From NCBI GenBank assembly GCA_963731865.1, contig CAVSXG010000002.1, positions 1,898,692 through 1,962,691 on the forward strand: a stretch of DNA of 64,000 nucleotides, read 5' to 3'. Origin of the DNA: an uncultured Chloroflexia bacterium (GTDB taxonomy: Bacteria > Chloroflexota > Limnocylindria > Limnocylindrales > CSP1-4). Under the pieces are notes generated by a model. The model ran no database searches and was not told where the DNA came from. It was given only the letters and a program-made list of their open reading frames with translations. This document shows positions 54,916 through 64,000 of the stretch, piece after piece; the first letter of the stretch is position 1, and the number at the start of each line of letters is the position of its first letter. A program made the position numbers and the translations under genes.

Positions 54916-55674
54916 ATGGGCGATCGACTCGCGGGCAAGGTGACGATCGTCACCGGTGCCGGCTCGGGGATCGGCCGTGCCACGGCGATCCGGTTCGCGG
55001 AGGAGGGCGCGCGGGTCACCTGTGTCGACGTGAACGCCGACGCCGTGCGCTCGGTGGCCGAGGAGATCGGCGAAACCGCCGTGGCGGTTGCCGCGGACGT
55101 GTCGATCGCGTCCGCCGTGCAGGCGTATACGGACGCGACGGTGGAGCGTTGGGGCGGTCTCCACGCCGTGTTCAATAACGCGGGCGTCAATCTCCCCGGC
55201 GTATTCCACGAAGCCACCGACGAGGTCATCGACCGAACTTTCAACGTCAACGTCAAGGGCTGCATCTACGGCTGCCGGTATGCCATCCCGCATATGCTCC
55301 GCGCGGGCGGCGGGTCGCTCATCAACACGAGCTCTGTCAATGGGCTGGTGGCCGAACCGTTCCTGGCGATCTACGCCACCTCAAAGGGCGCCATCGTGAT
55401 GCTCTCCAAGGGCATCGCCCTCGACTACGCGAAGCAGGGCATCCGGTGCAACGCGATCGCGCCTGGCTGGGTGGACACACCCGTCAACTACGCGCACGCC
55501 GAGATGCTCGGCGGCCTGGACAAGGTGTACGCGGAGATCGATTCGTTCCAGCCGATCGGACGCCCGGGCGAGCCACGCGAGATCGCCAACGTCGCCCTCT
55601 TCCTCGCCTCGGACGAGTCCTCCTTCGTGACGGGATCGGTCGTCGTCGCGGACGGTGGGATGACCGCGAAATAG
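54916..55674 (+). CDS. SDR-family oxidoreductase.
   Basis: MGDRLAGKVTIVTGAGSGIGRAT (TGxxxGxG), NNAG, and the YATSKGA catalytic Tyr-x3-Lys. Confidence 0.9.
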   Translation: MGDRLAGKVTIVTGAGSGIGRATAIRFAEEGARVTCVDVNADAVRSVAEEIGETAVAVAADVSIASAVQAYTDATVERWGGLHAVFNNAGVNLPGVFHEATDEVIDRTFNVNVKGCIYGCRYAIPHMLRAGGGSLINTSSVNGLVAEPFLAIYATSKGAIVMLSKGIALDYAKQGIRCNAIAPGWVDTPVNYAHAEMLGGLDKVYAEIDSFQPIGRPGEPREIANVALFLASDESSFVTGSVVVADGGMTAK

Positions 55675-55758
55675 CTTCACGCGCGCAAACGGGCGGCCGT
55701 ACGATGCGCCGATCCGCGGAGCCTGGCTCCGCGAAGCCCAGAGGAGCGGAGAGCAGCG

Positions 55759-57159
55759 ATGGCTGACCACGACCAGGCGCACCCCGCGAAGCATCCTCGT
55801 CACGAGGAGCTGGAGGCGATGGTCCGCGACGGCCGGATCGACACGCTCATCGTTGCGATCACCGACATGCAGGGCCGGCTCATGGGCAAACGCGTCCAGG
55901 GGGAGGCGTTCCTGAACGGGGTCGTCGGCCATGGCGCGCACTTCTGTACGTACCTCCTCGGCACGGACATGGAGATGAATACGCCCGAAGGCTTCACGCT
56001 CATGAACTGGGAAACCGGGTATGGCGACTGGATCGCCGATCCCGTATGGGACACGCTGCGCGTCCTTCCCTGGCTCGAGAAGACGGCGCTCGTCCTTGGC
56101 GACGCCACGGACGAGGAAACGCACGCCGAGATCCCGATTGCTCCACGGACCATCCTCAAGCGCCAGGTGGAACGCGCCGCGGCGGCCGGCTACGCCGTGA
56201 AGGCGGGGTCGGAATTCGAGTACTACGTGCTCAAGGAGTCATGGGAGGAGTCCAATCGCCGCGGTTGGGCGATCCCCGAGCGCTTCGGGTACTACAACGA
56301 GGACTACCACCTCCTCCAGGCCACCAAGGCCGAGCCGTTGCATCGGCTGCTGCGCAACCAGATGACCGAGGCCCGGATCCCGATCGAGTTCAGCAAGGGC
56401 GAGGCGGCCCCCGGCCAGCACGAGGTCAACATCCGCTACGACCACGTCCTCGAGTCGGCGGACCGCAGCGTCATCTTCAAGCACGGCGCGAAGGAGATCG
56501 CCTATCTCAACGGCTGGGGAATCACCTTCATGGCCAAGCCCGACGCCACGTGGACCGGCTCGTCCGGCCATCTCCATATGAGCCTCTGGGATGACGCCGG
56601 CGAACGCTCGCTGACGCACGACCCCGCGGCGGGCAACCCGTACGGCATGAGCAAGGTGTTCAGCCACTTCGTGGCGGGGATGATGCGGCTGTCCCGCGAG
56701 CTCGCGATCTTCATCGCGCCGAACATCAACTCGTACAAGCGATATGCATCGCTTTCGTGGGCTCCCGTCAACGTCGTGTGGGGTCGTGACAACCGGACCA
56801 CCGGCTTCCGCGTTGTCGGCCACGGGGATGCGCTGCATGTCGAGGACCGGTTCCCCGGCGGCGACATGAACGCCTATCTGACGTATGCGGCGATGATCGG
56901 CGCCGGCCTGTACGGCATCGAGCACGAGCTCGAACTGGAGCCCGAGTTCAAGGGCAACGGCTACGTCGCGACGGGCCATCCCCGGATGCCGCGCGCGCTC
57001 TATGAAGCGATCTGGGAGCTGGAGCGAAGCGAGGCCGCGGCCGTGATCTTTGGCCAGGACGTCGTCGACCATTACCTCAACGCGGCGCGTTACGAGCAGC
57101 AGGTCTACGACTCGGTGGTGCATGCATGGGAGCGCGAGCGCTACCTGGAGCGGAGCTGA
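55759..57159 (+). CDS. Glutamine synthetase family protein (GlnA-like gamma-glutamyl ligase; gamma-glutamylpolyamine-synthetase-like context).
   Basis: 466 aa. ...GSEFEYYVL..., ...FSKGEAAPGQHEVNIRY..., ...TFMAKP...GSSGHLHMSLW..., ...NSYKRY... are GS catalytic-domain motifs. Neighbours are an APC permease and an SDR. Confidence 0.85.
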   Translation: MADHDQAHPAKHPRHEELEAMVRDGRIDTLIVAITDMQGRLMGKRVQGEAFLNGVVGHGAHFCTYLLGTDMEMNTPEGFTLMNWETGYGDWIADPVWDTLRVLPWLEKTALVLGDATDEETHAEIPIAPRTILKRQVERAAAAGYAVKAGSEFEYYVLKESWEESNRRGWAIPERFGYYNEDYHLLQATKAEPLHRLLRNQMTEARIPIEFSKGEAAPGQHEVNIRYDHVLESADRSVIFKHGAKEIAYLNGWGITFMAKPDATWTGSSGHLHMSLWDDAGERSLTHDPAAGNPYGMSKVFSHFVAGMMRLSRELAIFIAPNINSYKRYASLSWAPVNVVWGRDNRTTGFRVVGHGDALHVEDRFPGGDMNAYLTYAAMIGAGLYGIEHELELEPEFKGNGYVATGHPRMPRALYEAIWELERSEAAAVIFGQDVVDHYLNAARYEQQVYDSVVHAWERERYLERS

Positions 57160-57290
57160 CGACAGGGCCCGTTTGGGGCGCGACCTCGCCTCAGGGGGCT
57201 GGCAACGCGGGACTTGCGATAGCGGGGTAGAGTCACTCCGATCCCGCCGCCGGCGTTCCACTCGCCGAGGATCACCTGGGGGACCCGGTC

Positions 57291-59820
57291 ATGGACGCAC
57301 GTCGCCGAGCAGCCCTCCTCGTCGCGCTGCTCACCGCCGGCGCCGCGCTGTTGCCGTTGCCGGCCGTTGCGAGGGAGCCGGATGGCCAGCTCCGGGCCGG
57401 GCTGACCGCGATCGCCGAGCGGGTCTCGCCGATTGGCGAGACGATCGAAACGCGACAGCGGAACGGTGGCCAGGACATCGCCGTCTCGGTTGCCCTCGCG
57501 AGCGTTCCGGACGATCAGATCCGCGACCTGCTCCGTGACGCCGGCCTGTCGATCCGGGGCACATTGGACCTCACGATCGAGGGCTACGTGTCCCCGACTC
57601 GTCTCGGGGAGCTGGCCCGGGTGGATGGGGTCAGGTCCATCTCGCCGATCAGGCACGCCCGCCAAACGGTCTTCGTCGGGCCGGCGCCCGCCTTGCACGG
57701 CGCTACGGCCTGGCAGCAGCTCGGGTACCGCGGCAACGGGATCAAGATCGGGGTCCTCGACGGCGGGTTCGAGGGCTTCGCCGGGCTGCTGGGTTCCGAG
57801 TTGCCGGCCACGGTCCAGGCCCGCTGCTACGCGCAGATCGGGGTCGCATCGACGGCGATCGCGGATTGCGTGGAGCCGGGGAGCAACCACGGGACCGCCG
57901 TCGCCGAGGCGATCATGGACATGGCGCCTGGCGCATCCCTGTATGTCTCCAACGCCTCCTCCCCCGCCGACCTAGCGGCGACGGTGACCTGGATGACCAA
58001 CGCTGGGGTCCGGATCATCAACTTCTCCCAGGCATCGTCCATCCTCCTGGAGGGCATGGGCGACGGCCTGAGTCCTTACAGCGTCCTGACTTACTCGCTC
58101 GTGGATCGAGCCGTGGCCGGTGGTGCGTTGTTCGTGGCGGCAGCCGGCAATTCGGGTGAGATCAGCTGGATGGGTCCGCCAACCGATGCCGACGCGGACG
58201 GCTGGGTCGATTTCGCGGCGGGCGATGAATCCAACTACCTCGATCTCGCAGCCGGCCAGCCGATTGCGGCCGCTCTCCGCTGGGCGAGCGCCGGGACCGA
58301 CTACGACCTCTCGATCTGGCAGGGCGACACCCTCCTTGCCGAGTCGGCGGACGCGCAGTCGAGCACCGGCGATCCCTTCGAGATCCTCGATTTCACGGCT
58401 CCGGCGGCCGGGCGCTACGAGGTCAGCGTGTTGCGTGCCGAGGGACCCGCCGCACCGACGATCCGTCTCCTGCTGTGGTCGAACGCGCACACGCAACTGT
58501 CGTACCGGACCACGGCCGGATCGCTCGCGGCCCCGGCGGATTCCCGGAACGCCGGCATGGTCACGGTGGGCGCGGTCGATTACCGGACCCCCTCGGTCGT
58601 GGAGACGTTCAGCTCCCGGGGACCAACCCTCGACGGTCGGGTCAAGCCCGACCTCGTCGCCGGCGACTGCGCTCCGACGGTGATCCTCCCCGTGTTCTGC
58701 GGTACGAGTGAGGCTGCGCCGTTCGTCAGTGGTGCGGCCGCCCTGATCCTCGAAGCCCACCCCGAGCTCGGTCCGACCCAGCTGGCCACCTATCTGCGGA
58801 CGCATACGACGCCGATCGGATCCCCGGTCCCGAACAACGAAACCGGGTATGGCCTCCTGGGGCTCGGGCCGCTCCCCGGTGGCGTTCCAACGTCGCTCTC
58901 GTTCCTGGCGCCGGCCGCCTCGGGCTCGGCGGGTGCGCCGCTCCTCGGCCAGCCCGCCGTCGGGATCCTTGACGCCGCCGGTCAGCTCGTGACGCGGGGG
59001 CCGGGATCGATCCTCCCGGTCACGCTGAGCCTCGCCGTCAGCCCAGGTGGCGGCACCATGACCTGTCCGGCCGGGCTGACCGCCGTTGCGGTTGGCGGGA
59101 TCGCGCGGTTCACCGGCTGCACCATCGACCTGCCCGGATCCGGCTACGCCGTTCGGGCCGATTCCACGGGACTCATCGGGGCGAGTGGCGCGCCGTTCAA
59201 CGTGGGCGTCGCGGGCACGCCGCCAACCCTGTCGCTCGCGGCATCGGCAGCGACATTGACGTACGGGACGGCCCTCGGCCTGACCGGGACCGCGACGCTC
59301 CCCGGCGGGGCGAACGCTCCGATCGAGGTCGTGCGCGTGGCGGGCGGGGTCGACGTGGAGCCTCGTCCAGCCACGACGGACGCGGCGGGTGGCGCCACGT
59401 GGTCGTTCAAGCCGATCGTGACCTCCGACTACCGCCTGCGGACGATCGCGCCGGGAACGGGCGTCGTTGAAGTGAGTGCCCCGATCCGGATCAAGGTGAC
59501 CGCGAAGGCGCTGCAGACATCGTCCGTCCCGAGCGGCCGGACGATGAGCCGGACGACGAGCATCGTGGTCACGACGACGATCCGCCCGATCGGTGTCCTC
59601 GTGGCAAGGGGCCGGGCGCGGATCGATCTGTTCCAGCGGACGAGCGCCGGCTGGACCCGTCGCAAGACGATCTTCGCCAACGCCGACACCACCGGGCGGG
59701 CAAAGGCAACGATCCGGCTGCCCTCGACAGGTTCGTGGTGGATCCGTGCGCGAGCCGAGGCAACGACGACCAACGGCGCCTCGGTCTGGACCGCGGGAGT
59801 CCAGGTACACGGTCAGGTAG
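57291..59820 (+). CDS. Secreted subtilisin-like (S8) serine peptidase with a long beta-rich C-terminal extension. The 3' end is probably frameshifted.
   Basis: Signal peptide MDARRRAALLVALLTAGAALLPLPAVA. Asp: IKIGVLDGGF. His: NHGTAVAEAI. Ser: GTSEAAPFVSGAAAL. As sequenced the frame runs on to 60206, antisense through the ankyrin gene. A slip near 59810 would end it at the TAG at 59818-59820. Confidence 0.8.
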
Positions 59821-60480
59821 CGGCGACCTCGCGGAGGCGACGGGCCACGTCCGGGTGGGCCGCCTCGTCGGCGAGATCCGCGGCGGTCTTGCCGTCGTCC
59901 GAGATGGTCGCCGGATCGGCTCCGGCCGACAGGAACAGCTCGACCATCTCCGGGTCGCCGTTCTGGGCGGCCTCGTGGAGCGGCGTGAACCCGCCCGCCT
60001 GGCGGGCATCGACCGTCCGCTCCGGCCGCGAGCAGCAGGCGGCAGATCTCGACCTTGCGACCGGCGGCCGCGCTGTGCAGCGGCTGGACCCGCATCTCGT
60101 TCGCGGCGACCACGTCGACAGGCGCGCCGGCATCGATCAGGGTCCGGGCCGCTTCGGGCTTGGCGAAGAAGGCCGCGAAATGGAGCGCGGTATAGCCGTC
60201 GGCTGACAGCGATCGGACCGAGGCCGCGTCGTCGTCGAGTCGGTCACGCAGCCGATCGAGGTAGCCGAGGGCCGCCGCCTCGTGGACGTCGAGATCCGGG
60301 TCTGCCGCAAGCAGGGCGTCGGTGACCGCCCGATTCGATCGATACCGCGAGTGCATGAGGGCGGACACGCCGTCGGTGTCGCGCGCCGACGCGAGTTCTG
60401 GTGCCTCGGCGACGATCGCCGCGACGCGCTCGGCCTCGCCCGGCCTTGACGGCGGCGACGAGCTCTTCGGCTGTCGACAT
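59813..60480 (-). pseudogene. Ankyrin-repeat protein. At least 2 frameshifts as sequenced.
   Basis: GGAGG RBS, then MSTAEELVAAVKAG | EAERVAAIVAEAPELASARDTDGVSALMHS...DGYTALHFAAFFAKPEAARTLIDAGAPVDVVA...QPLHSAAAGRKVEICRLLLAAGAD | VDARQAGGFTPLHEAAQNGDPEMVELFLSAGADPA. Confidence 0.7.
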
Positions 60481-60604
60481 CGCACTACCTCCGTCGATCG
60501 ATCGTGGCGGCAAGTATCCCCGACCGGCCTCCGATCCGGGCGCGCGCGAGCACTCGGCTCGGACGGTACTCTGACCGCGTGACGCGGACGACGAGAGGAG
60601 AGCG

Positions 60605-61374
60605 ATGCGACTCGAGGGCAAGGTCACGATCATCACCGGCGGCGGCAGCGGGATGGGCCGCGTGGCCGCGCAGCTGTTCGCCGGCCAGGGCGCCAAGAGT
60701 CGTCGTCGCCGAGTACAGCGAGGCCGCGGGCGCTGAAACGGTCGAGCTCGTGCGCGGTGCGGGCGGCGAGGCGACCTTCGTGCGGACGGACGTCTCGACC
60801 GAGGCCGATGCAAAGGCATGGTCGACCATGCCGTCGCCACCTACGGGCGACTCGACTGCCTCTACAACAACGCCGGGCGTGATGCCAGAGGCGGACCACT
60901 CCGTGGTCGACACCGACGTCGCGACCTGGGACGCGGTGATGGCGGTCAACGTCCGCGGCGTCTTTCTGGGCTGCAAGTACGCGATCCCGGCGATGATCGA
61001 GGGCGGCGGCGGCTCGATCATCAACATCGCGAGCTTCGTGGCGATCCTCGGCTGCAGCGTGCCCCAGGACGCGTATACGGCCTCGAAGGGCGCGGTCCTG
61101 TCGCTGACCCGCAGCCTCGCCGTGCAGTTCGGGCCAAACGGCATCCGGACGAATGCGATCTGTCCCGGCCCGGTCGAGACTCCGCTTACTGATGGACTGG
61201 CTGCTCAAGGACGAGGCGGCGAAGAAGCTGCGCCTGGCCCGCAACCCGACCGGCCGGTTCGGGAAGCCTGAGGAGATCGTGCAGATGGCGATCTATCTCG
61301 CCTCCGACGAGTCACGCTGGACCAACGGCGCGTCGCTCGTCGTCGACGGCGGCATCACCGTCAACTACTTCTGA
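60605..61374 (+). pseudogene. SDR-family oxidoreductase. About 4 indels as sequenced.
   Basis: MRLEGKVTIITGGGSGMGRVAAQLFAGQGAK | VVVAEYSE... | MVDHAVATYGRLDCLYNNAG | VMPEADHS...YTASKGAV...ICPGPVETPL | LMDWLL...ASDESRWTNGASLVVDGGITVNYF*. Indels lie near 60697, 60815, 60885 and 61187. Confidence 0.8.
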
Positions 61375-61389
61375 GGAACGAGACCCGAC

Positions 61390-62216
61390 ATGACGGAAGG
61401 ACTGCCCGAGGCGGCGACAGCGGCGGATCGCGATCGGCATCGACGTGGGCGGCAGCGGGATCAAGGCCGCCGTCGTCGACATTGACGCGGGACGGTTCAT
61501 CTCCGAGCGGCTGCGCGTGGCGACGCCCGATCCCGGCGACGCCCGATGCCGTCATCGCCTCGATCGGCCGGCTCGTCCGGCGTCTGGCAAAGGCGAGCGG
61601 CCTGGGATCCGCCACGCCGGTCGGGGTCGGGCTGCCCGGGGTGACCCTGGACAACACGCTCAAGTCTGCCGCCAACATCGATGCGGGCTGGATCGACTTC
61701 CCGGTCGTCGAGCGGCTGCGCAAGGCGACCGGTCGACCGGTCAGCATCGTCAACGACGCCGACGCGGCGGGGATCGCCGAGATGCGGTTTGGGGTCGGGA
61801 GGGAGCAGGCGGGCGTGGTCATCTTCCTGACCCTCGGGACCGGCGTCGGTTCGGGCGTGTTCGTCGACGGGATCCTCGTCCCGAACACCGAGTTCGGCCA
61901 GATGGAGATCCGCGGTCGAGCCGCCGAGCGCCGATCGGCGGCGGCGGCCCGCGTCCGTCGCGGCCTGTCGTGGAAGGCCTGGAGCCAGGACCTCGACGAG
62001 CACCTCGCATCGGATCGACGAGCTCATGTGGCCGAACCTGATGATCCTCGGCGGCGGCGTCAGCAAGAACGCCGACCGGTTCATCCCCCGCCTCACCGTC
62101 CGCTGTCCCGGTCGTGCCCGCGCAGCTTGCGCAACGACGCCGGGATCATCGGCGCCGCGATCGTGGCGGTCGAGCGGTGCGACGGAGGTCGAACCAGCCC
62201 GCGTCGGCCGACCTGA
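61390..62216 (+). pseudogene. ppgK: ROK-family glucokinase, polyphosphate-glucokinase-like. Several frameshifts as sequenced.
   Basis: [13 protein letters not shown] | [35 protein letters not shown] | ...VGVGLPGVT...[14 protein letters not shown]...[10 protein letters not shown]...EFGQMEI... | [18 protein letters not shown]... The symbol is tentative. Confidence 0.7.
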
Positions 62217-62286
62217 TCGCCTCGTTGCCGGCTCCGACCGATCGCAGCGCATCGCGAGGGTCGGTGACCGGATGCGCGCCCTGATA

Positions 62287-64000
62287 ATGGGCGCGCCGAT
62301 GTACGACCTGCCGACCATTCGACATTGTCCTGACCGAACAGCTCGAGTTCATCCTCGGGCTCGGCGGCGCGGTCGCTGCAGCCCTCCTCGGCGGCGCGAT
62401 CGCCATCCGCCTGCGCCAGCCGGCGATCGTCGGGCTACCTGCTCGCGGGCGTCCTGATCGGCCCGTTCACGCCGGGTTTCGTCGGCGATGTCGAGCAGAT
62501 CGCGGCCCTGGCCGACGTCGGTGTCGTGCTGCTGCTGTTCGCCCTGGGCGTCGAGTTCTCGATTCGGGAGCTCCGCGCCGTTGGACGAGTGGCGCTGCCC
62601 GGCGGGATCGCCCAGATCGCGCTGATCGTCGCCGCCGGGATGGCGCTGATGGTGGGCCTTGGCTCCGGCTGGGGCGGCGCCTTCGTCGTCGGCGCCTGCC
62701 TGTCGATCTCGTCGACCCTCGTCGTGCTCAAGTCGCTGATCGACAGCGGCGAGATCGACAGCCTCCACGGCCGCGCGGCGATCGGCTGGTCGATCGTCCA
62801 GGACATCGCGACGATCGTGTTCATCGTCGCCCTCCCGTCGCTGACCGGCGGCGACGCCCTGCTCCCGCTGGCGTTCGCCCTGCTCAAGGCGGCGATCTTC
62901 CTGGCGCTGGCCTACGTCCTGGGGACGCGGCTGCTGCCCTGGCTGTTCGGCTACGTCGCGCGCTCGGGATCGAGCGAGCTGTTCCTGCTCGTCGGTCTTC
63001 GCCACCGCGCTGCTGACGGCGTTCGTGTCGAGCGCGATCTTCGGCCTGTCGCTCGCGCTCGGGGCGTTCGTCGCCGGGGTCGTCGTCTCCGAGTCGGACC
63101 TGTCGCACCAGGCGGCGGCCGAGGTCACGCCGTTCCGGGACCTGTTCGCCGTCCTGTTCTTCGTCTCGGTGGGCATGCTGGTGGACCCGACGGCCCTCGT
63201 GGCGGACGCTCCCGCTGATCGGCGCTGCTCGTCGCGATCGCCGTGGTCGGCAAGGGCGGCGCTGATCGCGTTGCTCGGGCCGCGCGGCCGGGTTGCCGAT
63301 CCGCTCGGCGCTCCTGCTCGGCGCCGCGCTCGCGCAGGTCGGGGAGTTCAGCTTCATCCTGGCCGAGGACGCCCTGGACCTCGGGATCCTCGACGCGCGG
63401 CCGTACAACCTGATCCTGGGGACGGCCGTCGTGTCCATCCTCCTGACCTCGGGCGTCCGCGAGGTCGCCCGGCGATTGGCGATGCGATCGGAACGGCGTG
63501 CCGACCGGGCGAGCGAGGCCTCGGCACAGGTCGGATGCTTCGGCCGACGAGCCGACGGGGATCGAGGCCCAAGCGGGCGGCCCAGTCGCGCGTGCCCCGG
63601 CCCGGATGGGTGCCGGCGCCCGGTGGCGAACGGAGCGGGCGATCGACTGAGGACGACGAGGCCCGACGCCCGACGGTCGTCGTCCTGGGCGCCGGGCGCG
63701 TCGGCCAGGTCGTGGCCCAGGCCGTGCGGCACCCGCGGGTTCCGCTGCGTCGATCGTCGATCGCGACGCACGCAGCTCGGCGGCCGTCGAGCGGCTCGGC
63801 ACGGTGAACGTGTTCGGCGACGCCGCCAACCCGGAGATCCTCAAGCGGCTGGGGCTCGACCGGGCGCGGATCCTGATCATCGCGATCGGCGATCCGTTGA
63901 CCGCCCGGCTGGCCTCGGAACGCGCGCTGCGGATCAACCCGCGGCTGTCGATCGCGTCACGCGCGCGCGGGCGGCGCGAGGTCGAGGCCTGCGCGGGATC
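62287..64000 (+). pseudogene. Kef-type (CPA2) cation:proton antiporter with a C-terminal TrkA-N/RCK domain. Multiple frameshifts; the 3' end lies beyond the window.
   Basis: ...QPAIVG(Y)LLAGVLIGPFTPGFVGDVEQIAALADVGVVLLLFALGVEFS... ISSTLVVLKSL... LGAFVAGVVVSES... then ...VVVLGAGRVGQVVAQAV...VFGDAANPEILKRLGLDRARILIIAIGD. Frame changes occur near 62330, 62440, 63000, 63215 and later. Confidence 0.8.

Noticed and set aside
57972-60485. An 837-aa minus-strand ORF, the longest ORF in the region.
   Set aside because: It is antisense to the well-supported S8 protease and is R/G/P/D-rich and low-complexity throughout. Only its first roughly 150 codons (60040-60480) are real; they belong to the ankyrin gene before a frameshift. 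This is a typical high-GC antisense artefact.

Overview
This is a very GC-rich bacterial chromosomal segment. Its gene style (GTG starts, frequent ATGA/GTGA stop-start overlaps, SARP, LAL-LuxR, TetR, PadR and partner-switching regulators) looks Actinomycetota- or Chloroflexota-like, but the taxon cannot be fixed from sequence alone. I support about 70 protein-coding genes or gene remnants. I found no rRNA, tRNA, CRISPR array, transposase, integrase or phage genes.

Layout, left to right:
- 1-12.6 kb: small regulators and stress-type small proteins, including an inverted duplication of a two-gene module.
- 12.8-15.5 kb: a roughly 2.7-kb thrombospondin-type-3 (TSP3) repeat exoprotein gene built from near-identical 708-bp macro-repeats.
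- 19.4-22.2 kb: a shattered SARP/AfsR-type regulator.
- 22.3-34.4 kb: the most unusual part. Seven tandem, ATGA-coupled paralogs of a kinase-less polytopic 'sensor-like' membrane protein run straight into a sigma-less partner-switching module (GAF-PP2C-HATPase fusion plus two STAS proteins).
- 35.5-41.1 kb: a paaR-paaABCD-paaH-thiolase phenylacetate cluster with a PaaR-type operator.
- 41.4-44.2 kb: an LAL-LuxR regulator.
- 45.4-49.0 kb: a tightly coupled hydrolase/EthD/crotonase operon.
- 49.1-64.0 kb: fumC, a PadR-Rieske operon, a permease/SDR/GlnA-like cluster, an S8 protease, an ankyrin protein, an SDR, a ROK glucokinase and a Kef-type antiporter that runs off the window end.

One caveat applies to the whole window. 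By protein-level reading it contains dozens of single-base indels, and they are patchily distributed. Many genes are therefore frameshifted as sequenced. I cannot tell assembly error from real pseudogenisation without reads. All functional calls come from motif recognition by eye; no database search was run.
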